57,893 nucleotides of DNA from Nemertoderma westbladi (taxonomy: Eukaryota; Animalia; Xenacoelomorpha): the NCBI GenBank assembly GCA_032718475.1, contig JAUCBJ010004742.1, forward strand, positions 1-57,893, written 5' to 3'. Positions 26,516-39,477 of this stretch are shown piece by piece. The notes beneath the pieces are model-generated. The model was not told where the DNA came from. It searched no databases and saw nothing but the letters and a program-made list of their open reading frames with translations. A program made the translations under genes and the position numbers. How positions within the stretch are numbered: position 1 is the first letter of the stretch; each line of letters begins with the position of its first letter.

Positions 26516-27827
26516 ATTATTATTAATATTATTGGTATTAAACTATTAAAAATAATTAATAATCCGATTGTACATATCTGAATAATAGCTGAAAAGTAAT
26601 CATTCAGTTGTCAATCCAGTATGCCATTGCCAGTGTTTAAGAGTACCGGCAGACCGGTCCGGTACCTGTCTGCCAGTACAGCGGCAGGCTAAAATGTAAA
26701 AGACTGTAAAACGTGACCACGCTAGCGGTGTCCGGATTACTGCTGTGCCAGTCCTTCAGTTGTTCAGTATACAGGTATAGTAGTCCTTGACCGATACCGG
26801 TATTGTTATAATCTGACACGGAATACTGAAAGTACTGATCTAAAAGATTCCAAGTAATTTGACAGTTTGAAGAACTTTTAATACTAAATATAAAAACTCA
26901 AAATTGAAGTAGGCTTGAGTATTTTTGTATAATATTTGTCTGTTTGTTGGAACCTGTACAATGTACATAACAACAACAAGGAAGATAAAGCGAGCGTAGC
27001 GAGCCGAGCGGAAATTTTTAAACAACATTGGCCTAACAATGTTGAGATTTTGCACATCTAAATCAAACTTTTTTTTAACAAATACTGTACTTTGATAAAA
27101 CTAACACTTTTACATTACCGACCGGTCAGCCGGTATATAACAGGTGGCTACCCCTGTGCAGTACTATAATAATGTTGGAAAATATCTCGTACATAAAATA
27201 CCCCGTCTCGTACGCCTACAGTATGCTTATAATACACTCATTCGATGCTAATTACAAGTTATTAAGCTATTTAAGCAGATAATAGGGGCTACAGTAGAGA
27301 TTAACCTACAAATTAAGATTTTGGAGGACTAGCGTAATTCGTTTATTTTCTAGATTCTACAAATTACTGAAATTTTAAAAAAATTTAAAATTAGGCCCTA
27401 TTGTACAGTGTACACCCACTAAGTGGTCGGGCGGGGTGGCAAACGAATATAAGACTGTTTTAAATTCCATGGTATCGTTGTTCTTTGTACGTTGTTCGTG
27501 AATTGAAATTATCACACTTCAGCAGTAAATCAGTATCAGTATATTCCTGGAGATATACTAATATACTAATATGCTATGTATGCTATACTTATATTTATAA
27601 GTTAGTGCAATATACTGTATTATATTTATATATTAAGTAGGCCTACACCATTAGGGTATGGTATTCTTTATTGAGAGACAATGGAGGATTGGGGAAGGGG
27701 GGGGGGGGGGGGGGGGTGACTACACAACACACCCTTCTAAATAAGATCCGAACCGCCCTATTCATACAATCTCATTCGAGGGTGGAAATTACATAGTTTA
27801 TGCCAAGATTATGTCAAAATTACACTA

Positions 27828-29533
27828 CCCAGTTAAACATGAACTTATGTTTCATATGTGGTATATATATGTTGTATGGAATAGGTGTGTCTGGAAATTG
27901 GGTTTTTATGCTCATGTATGAATAATACATGTCACACATGCAGTGATACATACACTTAGAAACTGTGTATCGCCATTTATGGTATTTATATTTTGCACAT
28001 ATGAATTTATCATAAATAAATGTGTGAGAATGCGCATGTGAATAATATATGTCGAGCATATGTGAAATAGCCATACCCAAGACTCTGAGTTAAATTTAAA
28101 TCCATAAACTATTCAATTCGTAATTGTGTAATCCAGTTCATGGATTTTATATGTTGCACACAGGTTTGCCTTATGGTAATACAGGCCTTACAGTAATACA
28201 TGTACAGAAAAGAATAGCGATGCGGAATGCGGAATAGGATGCTGAAATTGTTGATGTCACTTCTCAGCTTTTTGCATTAAGAACAAATATCGTTTCAATC
28301 AGCAGTATAATACATTGAATCTATATTTTTTGTTATACTGTATTTTCAAAGTACCGACTATTTAACCATATAATGTATAATCAATACATAGGCCTGCTAT
28401 AAGGTTTAAATGATCTGTGAAGGCTGTATGGACACTAAATTGAAGTAACCATAGTCGATCGTCCAATTGTTTTGTTTATTGCATTTGAGGGCTGGTGGTG
28501 GGACACATTCTTAAAATGATAGGCATTTCATAGTCTGATCCTGCAATCTTTCTTCTTAACCACGTCGTTGTCGCTTGTAGTTTAGCTAGTGAATCGCAAA
28601 TTATTTTATATTTTACCCATAACAGCATAATGCGTTGCAGAAACCTACCGCTTATCATACAGTCATAGTCCACTCAATTGTTCAGTGATGCAGTGTGTGA
28701 CTTGCCTGCTTTCTGCCTTGCACTATGCACATTGTGCTGTGCATTTGCATTGTACAGTGCTGTATTAACAGAATTAGACAGTTAGTATGGCTGTATGGTG
28801 GTTTTCACTTGTCAGGTTGTGGTTGTGCATTGTCATGCGCTGCTAAGTATCAGTAAGGGGTACAGACATAGACAGATAACATACATGCACTACCATCCGT
28901 AAGGTAGGCAGGCCTATTGCAGTTCTTATCCCGTTAAAAAATTGAACATATGTTTCATATGTGGTATATATATGTTGTATGGAAAAGATGTCTTAAAATT
29001 AGATATAAAATATCATATGAGCAATTATATGATCTTAGAATTAATTAATTTTCGAAGATTTATCAAAATGAATAATCTATTATAGCTGGAAATTAGATAA
29101 ATTAATTAAATCTAACTAATAGAATACGAATTTACGGATCATAACCAAAATCTATTAAGGATACTCTCATATCACTATGGATTAAATATTTTCATATATA
29201 CTCCGATGCTTCCTTCTTTAATGTATAGGGTAGGTGTAGGGCCGTAGGATAGGGTGTAGGGATTGGATAGGATAAGGTACTGAGGTAGGCTACCCCCCCC
29301 CCCCCGCCCCACCTCTCTATAGGAAATGCAGACCCACACCAGTGATTGGTCGGTCTCAGTTTAAATTTTTACTCTTTTTGTCGCACTTGTCACATAAAAA
29401 ACATATGTGTATCACATGTGAACATTCCACATATGGATCACATTTGACAACACTGTAACATTTACATATATGTATCACATGTCGAATTATTTATGGCAAC
29501 CATATATGAAACACATACTCATGTTTAACTGGG
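27828..29533. mobile_element. Non-autonomous DNA transposon with CCC...GGG ends and TA flanks (EnSpm/CMC-like)
   Basis: TA-CCCAGTTAAACATGA ... TCATGTTTAACTGGG-TA; CATATGTG-rich subterminal repeats; second left-end-like copy near 28930. Confidence 0.75.
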
Positions 29534-30174
29534 TAGCTTCAATTCACTCAGGGACTACTGTGGGGCAAGCACCGAAGTATTAAGTATACAGTAGGCCAGG
29601 GCTGTTTCAATCGTTGTCTGTCGGTCTACGGTTTGAAGGCTGTTTGAAGACTAATAACTTCGATCAATCTTTGATGAAATGGAACCAAACTTGGTAGACA
29701 TCTAGTCTGTGAAATGTCGAAACAATTAAATATTAACGTAACTAGATGTTTGCTAAATATATTACGATCAAATACATAATTGCATCATGGATTTATAATG
29801 CATCACGTCACCGTTGTCGTCACATTACTGTATGTTAATTTACTGGGTTGATTTCTAATAGATAATTTGTTTAACAACTGTATAAACTATTGGAGAAAAG
29901 CTTTTAACTGAAATTCCCAATTGCCCACTTATACAGACTGTACTGTATTGAGGTAGATAATGCTAAAATATTATACAATTCTACTGCACGGAAATTTAAT
30001 AATTTATATTTTCACATAATAAAGTTCGGATTGTTGTATTGATTTTGGAATATTGCTAGTTAATTAAAACAATCAACGCGAAACAATTATTATTATGTTT
30101 AATGCAATTCGTCTTCTTCTGTTGTCATGCTACATTGCAGTTGTGTTATATTTAAATATAAGAATGCAATGATG

Positions 30175-30500
30175 ACTGCTTATCGATAAACTTGCTACAC
30201 CACAATTCTCAATCACCAATGTCGCAATGTTTTCTGCATATTTAAGGCCAGTGCCCTTCGACACGTCTCAAAACGTCGCGGGCTGCCCATCAATCTTATT
30301 TGCTACATGACGATGCCAAAGCACAATATTGTACCGAGGGGTGCTAAAGGTGAATGCAATGTCCTGGAAAGCGGAGGCGACTCCGTTGAAGAGTCAAGAT
30401 TAGGGGATCTAAGGGGATGTCATCAATGTTGTATAAGGTCTGGTTGGAGAGGTGTTTATGTACTTCATCCAGTTAGCTGCCATACGACTGAAAAAAAGAT
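30175..30500 (-). pseudogene. RTE-like LINE 3' ORF fragment (degenerate)
   Basis: LSNQTLY...RLRFPGHC...IVLW...GQPATF...GD*ELW..KFIDK, same family as 36316-36550. Confidence 0.75.
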
Positions 30501-31360
30501 CCAACTATTCTAGAACAATCAACATCATTAATTTATAATTTAGGCCTACACATAAAAACTAAAACTAACTACGCGAACACAGATTCAGTGGGCACTGCTG
30601 GAGAAGTAAACATGAGGTGATACCAATTCTACTTTTCTGGCAACCAAAACAAGGAATGGCGTGTAGACGGCCGTCTATGACATGAGTATTTATACTGTAT
30701 GCCCCTAGGCAACCAAATTGAAAGGGAATATGAGGCTATGAAACTACGGAGAATCGGGAAGCCTGGAAGGACCCCATTTCCATTAACCAATCGACCTATT
30801 TATAGTGCAACACTCAGCTACTGTGGAACAGTATCTGTGCAGAACTCATTTAGTAATCGTGTAGTGTTATCGATAACACTACACGATTACTAAATGACTA
30901 TATGACATATGTAGATCTACATATGTCTGGAATAATCTACCGCATGGTGTTGTATCGGCCACCACAGTCGATATTTTTAAAGATCGCCTCCTTAATATTG
31001 ATTTTAACCGCTACATGTAGTTTGATCGCAATCTGTAATTGTTCTTTACTTATTTATTACTAATTACGGCCTTTTATTTAAATGTTAAATCTACTACATA
31101 AATTAATATGTTTTCTTTTGCAGGGTGTACAGTACAGTAGGCCTAATCATAGCAACTAGCAAGTTCAAATGTAATTACAATTTACTTAATTACTCTCGAG
31201 CCATAGTCATATAAGATATTTTTTTGTATTAGTATTTCTTATTTTATTGTGTATATTTCATTAACTTTTAACATGTTTTAAGTCCATGTGCTACTGATGG
31301 TGTCTCTCAACAACGAATATTATAATATTATTAATAATAATAATAATAATAATTGTAGTA

Positions 31361-33778
31361 CAGTCCAGCTCACCAACAGAGTGCCATCGGATCCGATCTG
31401 AACCGATCGGATCCAACAGCTTCAAACACTTTCAAACAAACTCCAACAGTCCAACAACTTCAAACAGATTCAGACAGTTTCAAACAGAATCAGACAACTT
31501 CCAACAACCTGTCAATCACTCCACCCACACTCAACCGCAACCCCAACTCAACTCCCATCTTCTTGCGCGCAGATAGAATGAAAGCTTTTGAAACTACTAA
31601 AGGAACTCCATTCATAAAGCCACAATAACGACAGAGTGGACTGGCCACTGGCGGCGCCCTTGAACATTCACACTGTAACTTAAGCTGACCTGAAGGAACA
31701 GCCCATTAGTGAGGTCGGTATTTCTCTTTATTCCTGCCGCTATCTTTGAATAACACAATAGCAGAAAGCTAACCAGTGAGTGGTCTACCCCCAATACAAG
31801 AAAGACAAGTTGGCTACCATTGAAATGAATGGGGAATGGAATTTTGTGTTCACATACTAATGTTGCTTTGGGTTGGTCTAGAGCCATACAATAGAGCTTT
31901 ACGGAAATACACTTCCAAAGAGCCAAGCAGTGGCGGTTTAGGTCCAAAATGCCCATGTAGAATTTCTTCGAATAAGGCTCAATTTCTTTAAGTTACATTA
32001 ATTAAAATACTGATAAATATATTTTGCTTTTCGCAGGAGGGACAGTATCCCCCTCTACAGTTAATATAGTGTACGTACATGTGTTAGTTATATCGTTGCG
32101 TTTATTTATATTTATACAGGTTTGGATATGATCTCTACTAGTTTGATTTTTGTTTTGTCAATTAATTAATTGTGCGGTTAATTTGTCAATCACAGCCTTA
32201 ATTGGCTACATTGCTTATTGTATGAATGAATATAATTAGTTATTAAGACATTAATTTAATTAGTATCTGGTGTGATTAGGTCTACCTTTTACATAACAAC
32301 AGTACGTCAATGGCGGATATACTACTACTACTAAGTCGAGCGAACTCGGACAGTGGAAATGAGATCCTTCCAGGCTTCCCGATTCTCCATAGTTGTCGCA
32401 ATTTCGTTTCTCCCATGGCGGATATACATTAATTACATCATAATATGACATGGCAGTCACGTGAAAACAAGGGCCTTCACATTCCCAATTCTCTATCTAA
32501 TCTATTATGGTTGTGCGTAATGCTCAATACTACTTTATGATATTAATTCATTCACGTTTAACATTAACAGCCACTTTTCATCAACCCCCCCCCCCCCCCC
32601 CCCCCCTCCCCTTCCAATGTGACAAACTATCACGATATGTTGGCGTTGGGCCCCGTCCCTACGTCCACCCTCCCTTGTGAAGGGCTAGGGGAGACTTTCG
32701 ACCCATCATTACTAAAGGGTAGTGATAATTATTATTCAAAATAAGTTTTCCCATGTATACGTAATTTTATTCTTAAATAGGTACTTGTTAGTTCCTAAAT
32801 TCTGCCTAAATGCTGCCTTACTCAATGTTAAATAATTTATTGTTCTCGAATATTTATTTCGTAACTAGGGAACCGCTTAACTATAAACCAATATTGGATA
32901 TGGAGTTCCGTTTCGAAGTTCGCCTTGCAGAGACTAAAGTTGTAATAACTTTTGAGTGTGTGAATGTAATTTACTCAAATAGGGTAGGTGCGCGAAAAAA
33001 TAGTTGGGCTAGAAGTATTACGTGCAAACCTTTTCATTTCGATGGTCTTTCAACACAACTAATAAAATTAACCAAAAATATTTTTTTCACTCATTGTAAT
33101 TATATTTACTGTTTGCTTAATCTGTTTGTGTTTATATCTGTTTATGTGCAGTATTTAGTGCCCTACGTCAAAGAAACTAATATATTTATAGCATTATTTA
33201 CATTTCTAATTAAATTAAGGAATTAAAAACGTGTTGGTGTTATTATATTCATTTATCGGAATTTATATTATAGGAATTTATTATTCGTTTATGCATTCTA
33301 GTTAATTAATTGATATAATTAACGACATAATTATGTAAATAAAAATTTTTAAATGAAACAAATCTTTGTTTCGGTTTATAATTGACAATAGCACACCCTC
33401 ACAATCACTTCAAATTGAGAGTTAAAGTGATTGACATTTTGTTAATGAACTACGCTTTTGTAAGGCATTGGCAAATTCCAACAAATTCCGATGGCGTCAA
33501 ACATCTTCAGACAACTTCCAACAGTTTCAGACAATTTCAAACAGCTTCAGACAACTTCAGATAGCTTCCAACAACATCCAACAGAAATTTCAAACACTTT
33601 CAGACGGATTTCAGACAGATTCAGATGGGCTCCAACAGACTAAACTTGTTGGAAATATTTTCTCCAACAGAATCAAACAGTACTAAATCTCCGTAGGTTA
33701 GCATTGTGCTTGTTTGAAGCTGTCGGAGTGTGTTGGATCCGATCGGATCCGATGGCACTCTGTTGGTGAGCGGGACTG
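31361..33778. mobile_element. Non-autonomous TIR element with TA-CAGT...ACTG-TA ends (Tc1/mariner-type termini)
   Basis: About 39-bp TIR CAGTCC(A/C)GCTCACCAACAGAGTGCCATCGGATCCGATC; TA on both flanks; degenerate 10-bp TTCARACAR repeats at 31420-31510 and 33475-33680. Confidence 0.85.
32760..33085. repeat. Dispersed AT-rich repeat family, copy 3 (nested in the Tc1-like element)
   Basis: Matches 13459-13630, with an extra insert of about 38 bp near 32980. Confidence 0.75.
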
Positions 33779-34589
33779 TAGTACCGTGTGAGTACTGTCA
33801 GTACTACTGTGTATAATATAGTATAAATAAGAACTACTGTAATCGAAAAGTTGAAATGTTATTGATCATTCATTAATGTACTTTAATTATTTTTTTTTAT
33901 TTTTTTGTACTTACATTTATTACCGCCTTATCGTACCGGTACCTGTATATGTTAATATGGCCTCCCTTTAATTTCAGTTTTCATGTTCCTTAGCAACCAT
34001 GCAGGCGAAATACAATGATTTTCTGCTGCTGTCAGCTAGTCTTTGAGTTTGTTTTTTAATACCGATATAGGACTGCAGGACTGCAGTCGCAGTGGTCTGT
34101 CGCAGTATGCAGTACTGCAGTACAGCAGTACCGTACAGCCGGTACCAGGGCCAGCTGACTGGTCAGGTAGAGGCATAAGCCATAAGGCATACCGGCGCCA
34201 GCATACTATATACAGATATCATATCCCGGTATTCACTGATTCAGGCTGACAGGTAAACAGTTATATATAATATAATAGGCCCTACTGCTGTACTGCCCTA
34301 CGCTAGGGCCTATACTGCTATCTGGCTATAGCACTTATAGCAGTATACAGGTATAGGGGAGGGGCGAGCTGACGTGGCACGAGGGAGTACTTGGCACTTG
34401 CAGCTGGAGCAGTGGATGTGGAGTAAGCCTAAGCCTACCGCACCCGCAGGTACAGAGGTACCCCAAAGCCAAAGGTCGACACTTGCAGACTTGCCAGTCG
34501 TTCAATCAACCAACAGACCAATACTGCAATAGCCTACTAGAATACAGGAATAGTCAATAGTAACCCTGTTACCGCAACTGCCAGCAACC

Positions 34590-35888
34590 ATGGAACTGCC
34601 ATCAGAAACGGTTGTTAACATTAATAATAACGATGTCACGAACGAGGAACTGCGACGAAAAATATACCTATCGTTTAAGGACCGGGGTCTTTTGAATCCG
34701 TTGAAAACTGATCTTCGGTCGAGGTTACTGCTCGACCTACAGAAATCCGGAAAACTTTCCCGACCCTTGTACACCGGGAAACAGGAACCGGGACTCAAAC
34801 TGGCAAACAGTCTGGTTGTCCACCATTTACGGAACAACCAGTATTCCTACAGTCTTTCTCTCTTCTCATCGGAGGCGGGAATCAGTAAGGATGCTGTTTA
34901 TTCGGTAAACGAGATCGTTCGACTGCTAAACATGAACCCGGAATGGGATGGGGCTCGTAAACTACAGGAGAATAAACTTAGCGAGGGGTTTCTGTATAAG
35001 TTCGTAGATAGTTTATCGGAATTATTTAATCCTAAATATCGGTGTTCGATTGGAGTTCAAACGAACGAAACTGTCGAGTCGATCAAAGCGAGTTTACAGG
35101 ATAAGTTATCAGCTATCGATGATTCGTTCGCGAATAAAACCCGGGAGTTCGATGTGGATTCGGCGTTGTACGAACTGCAACGCGAGTTGGAAGCTCGCGC
35201 AGCGGCCGAGATAGAAAGCGAGATCGATAGGTTCAAATCGGAGGAAGTCCGACGGATTACGGAGTCGGAACGGCGGCGGATATCGGCTGAGTTTAACGAG
35301 CGGTGGCGACGGCTGGAGGAGCGGATCGGGGAGCGAAACGCGACGGTGTCAGAACGCGAGCGGGTTGTCGCGGAGGCGACCCGGAGGAGCAGGGAGGAGT
35401 TGGAACGGGAGGCGTTCGGGGTGCGGCAACGACTGCTCGAGGAGGGGGCGGCGCTGCGTGAGCGTGAGAAAGCGGCGCGGGGGGCGCTGGAAGGGGAGAA
35501 ACGGACCGCGGAGAGCGAGAGGCGGAGGTTGGGGGAGTGGGATGCGGGTTTGGGGAGGAGGGAGGCGACGGTGGGGAGGCTGGAGGAGGGTTGGGAGGAG
35601 CGCAGAGAGGCGGATGCTATGAGTTACAGGGAGCGAGTCGATAGGGAGTATAGGGAGCGGTTGGGGAGGTTGGAAGAAGGAGAGAAGGTAATTAGGGAGG
35701 AGATGGATAAACTGGGGAGGAGTAGGGGGGAGGTGGAGGCGATAAATAGAGATTTAAAGGAAGAACGGAAGATGAACGCAGCGTTGAGAGAGGAGTTGGA
35801 TAGGAGTAGAACTGATAGGAGGTGTTTGGAGGAGCAGATTGAGGTGTTGAGTCGGAAAGTAAAACAGTTGGAAACCCACGACGTGCAG
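34590..35888 (+). CDS. OFD1: OFD1 centriolar/basal-body protein, exon 1 (LisH plus coiled coil)
   Basis: ELRRKIYLSFKDRGLLNPLKTDLRSRLL, LisH-like LANSLVVHHLRNNQYSYSLSLFSSEAG, LQDKLSAIDDSF, ELEREAFGVRQRLL; phase 0 donor CAG/GTGAGA. Confidence 0.9.
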
Positions 35889-36315
35889 GTGAGAGTAACT
35901 AAATATTCATGTCTGTCTAATCCGATAAATTATAATCTCAATATCAAAATTGATATACCGGTTTAATCAACCTTAAAATGCCCGCCGATATATCAAAGCA
36001 AATTCGGAAGTGATAGCTAGATTCGGAAGTGGAACTTTCCCTTTATTGCATCTTCTATTCTAATACCCGGCATTGTTTGTAAATACAACGCCTCGGTGAT
36101 ACAGATGCGGACATTATTCAACTGGTAGTAAGAGGTGCTGTTACTGTATTTGTGTAATTGTGCTTAAGAAGCCACGTTGACATTTCCATGTTAAATGGCA
36201 GATCAGCACCACCAGGTCCAACAAGGTGTTCGCTGGGTCCCCTTAGCGTTGTCAATGTTGAATAACTCGCCACTCCCTACTACTAGGATCGGCATGTTGC
36301 ATTGCAGCCGCATTT

Positions 36316-36550
36316 TTAAGAATGCTGTGCCGGCTTGTCGACAAAATTGCGCCGCCACAACTCCCTATCACCCATGACATTTGCTAGGTCATCCGCATCT
36401 TCAAGGCCTGTGTCCTTTACGATGCGTCTCAAGAAAGTCATGGGCTGTCCACCATACTTATTCACTCCATGAGGCTGCCAAAGTACAAGATTATGCACTG
36501 GCTGGTCCTCACGGCGAAAGCAATGTCCTGCAAAGCGGAGGCGATCTCCC
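36316..36550 (-). pseudogene. RTE-like LINE 3' ORF fragment
   Basis: RLRFAGHCFRR...LVLWQP.G...G.P..T...I..DTG...MGDRELWR. Confidence 0.85.
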
Positions 36551-36878
36551 ACTCCCACTTCGACGAAACATATTTATTTTGGTTTAATATAAATTATAAT
36601 CATAATTCTAGAATACATCGTTGCCATAGAAACACATCAAAAAATTATTTTATTACAATGGTAATCAGTATCAGATAATAAGAATAACTAATTGTTTTGG
36701 TAAGAATAACGTGCGCCGCTGTACACTGCTCCTTTCATTACATTGATAATTTAACATAGATACGGGATATTATTTAACCGGGATTAGATTTGAGCTCCCT
36801 ACGAAAGTGATACAATACCATACTGTAATATTATAATAATTAGCAACTCTTATCTTTTTTATCTCTATAATTTTCTCG

Positions 36879-37790
36879 AAAGTTAACAATAGGCTTAGGT
36901 TTCTATACAGAAATAAAAATAGTTTAAACACCGACTCCCGCAAGTTACTTTGCTCTTCTTTAATACAGTGTTACATGGACTATGCGTGCTCTTCTTGGTA
37001 TGAAGGCTTAACCAAACAGCTTAAATGTAAATTACAAGTAGCTCAGAATAAAGTAGTACGATTTATTAAAGACTACAAACCTAGGCACCACCTAATTCCA
37101 GATGACTTTTCTGAATCTGGACTACTTAACTTAGATAGTAGAGTTAAGCAGCTACGCCTTAACCATGTGCATAAAGTGTATAATGGTAAATGTCCCAATT
37201 ACCTAAAACAAAAATTCAACAGAGTGCGCGATACACACTCTTACAGTACCAGAGCTAGTGCTTCAAACTTATACCTCCCGAATTGTAAATCCTTTGAATC
37301 TGATACTTTCTTTTTTAACGGCATTAAAAATTGGAACGCTCTGCCTAATGAAATTAAAAACCTAGATAATCAATAACATTCTTTTAAATCTGCAGTTAAA
37401 TCTCACCTCCGTGTGCAATGTAAAAATAGGTACAATAGTCCTACAGTAAGTTATTAGTTTATTAATTATTTACTATTTATACTGTAATTACGTTTTATAT
37501 TAAATTGTTCTGTACATTACATCTTTATCGTTGAGTCGGACATTGTCACGCTCTCGGTAAAGTTGTACATGTACATAGTGTAATTGCGTTTTATATTGTT
37601 TTTAGGTTAGCGTAGTGTAATATTGTATTTGTAACAAAGTAACATAAAGGACCCCCTTGGAAATAAGCTGCAAAGCTTTAGGGGTAATCCTATATGTTAT
37701 GTTGGACAATACCTTTATACCGGTAAATTGTTTGGTGTATTTGTTATTGTTTTTACATAATGTATAAAATAAATCTAAAAAAAAATCTAT
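36879..37790 (+). mobile_element. 5'-truncated L2/Crack-like LINE (ORF2 end, 3' UTR, tail)
   Basis: KVNNRLRFLYR...DYACSSWY...KLQVAQNKVVRFI...HSYSTR...FFNGIKNWNALP; 3' hairpin GGACCCCCTTGGAAATAAGC...GCTTTAGGGGTAATCC; A-rich tail. Confidence 0.9.
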
Positions 37791-38099
37791 CTTATCATCA
37801 TGTTGTTTTGGTTAAAAAGTACCTCTTCTGATCCTTCCCATTAATTGCCCTTACTTTCCAATGCAATTGAAAAATTTGCGACTTCAATAGAAAAAATTGT
37901 GTCATGTTAATCTAATTTGCCTTTAATTTCCAAATAATAAAATAGCACCTCAGTTGAAATGAGAGTGCGCCAGTCCAATTGTAAAACATGTCAGATTTCA
38001 AGGTGGTGCGATGCTTGGTATCGGCTTTTCAAATAAATTAAATAAATTGGAGTTGAGCTGTTAATGCAACTGTAATTAATGATGTAATATAATGGTTTT

Positions 38100-38381
38100 G
38101 TTCAGAAATTGATAAAATGAGGAAGCACATCACCGGGGGTTGAACCAGGGTTATACGTACGTTTCGGCCTATCAGGCCTCATCAGGTCCGCTGTTAGAGA
38201 TAGGATCTATGCAGCTTATAGACTGTCTGTTCAATAGAAGTGGATTATGTGGGATAGCAAGTGTCAGTGGCAAGTGGCTCAACTGGTTAGCTCTACTGAT
38301 GAGGCCTGATAGGCCGAAACGTACGTATAGCGCTGGTTCAACCCCCGGTGACGTGCTTTCTCATTTTTTCAATTTCTGAAC
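38100..38381. mobile_element. Inverted-repeat element (about 86-bp arms) carrying hammerhead motifs, Penelope-like LTR remnant
   Basis: 38100-38185 is the near-perfect reverse complement of 38296-38381, around a 110-bp spacer. Confidence 0.75.
38289..38334 (+). ncRNA. Minimal type I hammerhead ribozyme
   Basis: Stem I AGCTCTA/TAGCGCT (one mismatch); CTGATGA at 38296; stem II GGCCT-GAT-AGGCC; GAAA; palindromic stem III ACGTACGT; predicted cleavage after GTA at 38327. Confidence 0.8.
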
Positions 38382-39207
38382 ATAACCTATCATATCATTT
38401 CAAGTAAATAACGTGGTACATGCCGTGCAGACAATTGTAAGCAATCATGGGAGATCTGTCCATGTTTTACCTATAATTATTTCGAATTGATGCACTTAAC
38501 ATAAATTACGTGCTGCGCGAAGGCCCCTCTCCGTGTAAGTGGTATATGGCCACGTTTCTAAACACCAGCTACTAGGCTAGTGGTAGAGTTCCGTGTATTT
38601 TATAGTCAACTTAGCTAAGTTATTGGTAGAGTCCATATGGTAATGTTAATTTTTTCAATGCATGCTTGCATAAGGATTTTCAAGCAGGCTTTGCTGCGAT
38701 AACATAATATTATCTTTGCCAGTTGCCGCTTGCCTCATATATGATTACCAGACTGGGACACATTCATGTTTTGAAGGCGTTAGTATAGTCGTACCGGTAG
38801 TAGTTAGTATCGTCTGCATAGTCTATGACGACAACAACTATGACTTCCGACTGGGGCTTCATTCTCGTTCTCGATGCAGAACTAGGATTGAAGTAAATTG
38901 ACTCCCGTTTTATCAGGTGTTTCAGTTTCAAATATTTTCTCATCACATCCATGATTGCTGAATATATTTTAGGTTGTTCTCTGTTATATTGGCAGCACTG
39001 GTAAACTTGTCTCGTTTAAAAATGATAATATTGTGAATATCTCGTATAAAATAGTTAGTTTGGAATCATAGCTTAGAGATGGTAATGTAGCCACGTGTAA
39101 AAGAAAATGACATGCGATGTTAGTGGCGGAGTGTACAATACATTGACCAACACTATGGCAATTGATGCGAACAATAATTTATTTATCTATCATTTTAAAT
39201 AATTGAT

Positions 39208-39235
39208 CATGACCTACTATCTATAGTAGGTCATG
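39208..39235. mobile_element. 28-bp palindrome with 7-bp TSD, P-element-type excision footprint
   Basis: AATTGAT-CATGACCTACTAT-CT-ATAGTAGGTCATG-AATTGAT. Confidence 0.7.
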
Positions 39236-39477
39236 AATTGATATATCTTTGGGGATGTATTTATCTGAAAATGATGGAGTTACAATGTAGTATTGGTCAG
39301 TGGGGTCAGCATAACTGACCGGTGGGCAGTAATGACCGGCAACAGGTAGTCACGGGTTAGATTTCTGTTGATCGCGAATTCTAATTATATTAGTATGGGA
39401 AACAAAATAGTGCTTTATTTCACCTAAAGGTAATACTATTTAGTAATATAATTATTGTATTATTTTTATCACCACAG

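Larger units (their letters stand above)
35889..39477 (+). other. GT-AG intron of OFD1 (3589 bp), TE-filled
   Basis: Phase 0 donor and acceptor (TTTTTATCACCACAG) join the two ORFs in frame to 955 aa; small internal exons not excluded. Confidence 0.75.

Noticed and set aside
31560-31990. Possible captured gene or transposase inside the Tc1-like element
   Set aside because: No recognisable motif; only a 114-codon ORF with no DDE signature
38140-38195. Second active hammerhead on the minus strand
   Set aside because: Core and stems II/III are present, but the 5' strand of stem I is not complementary
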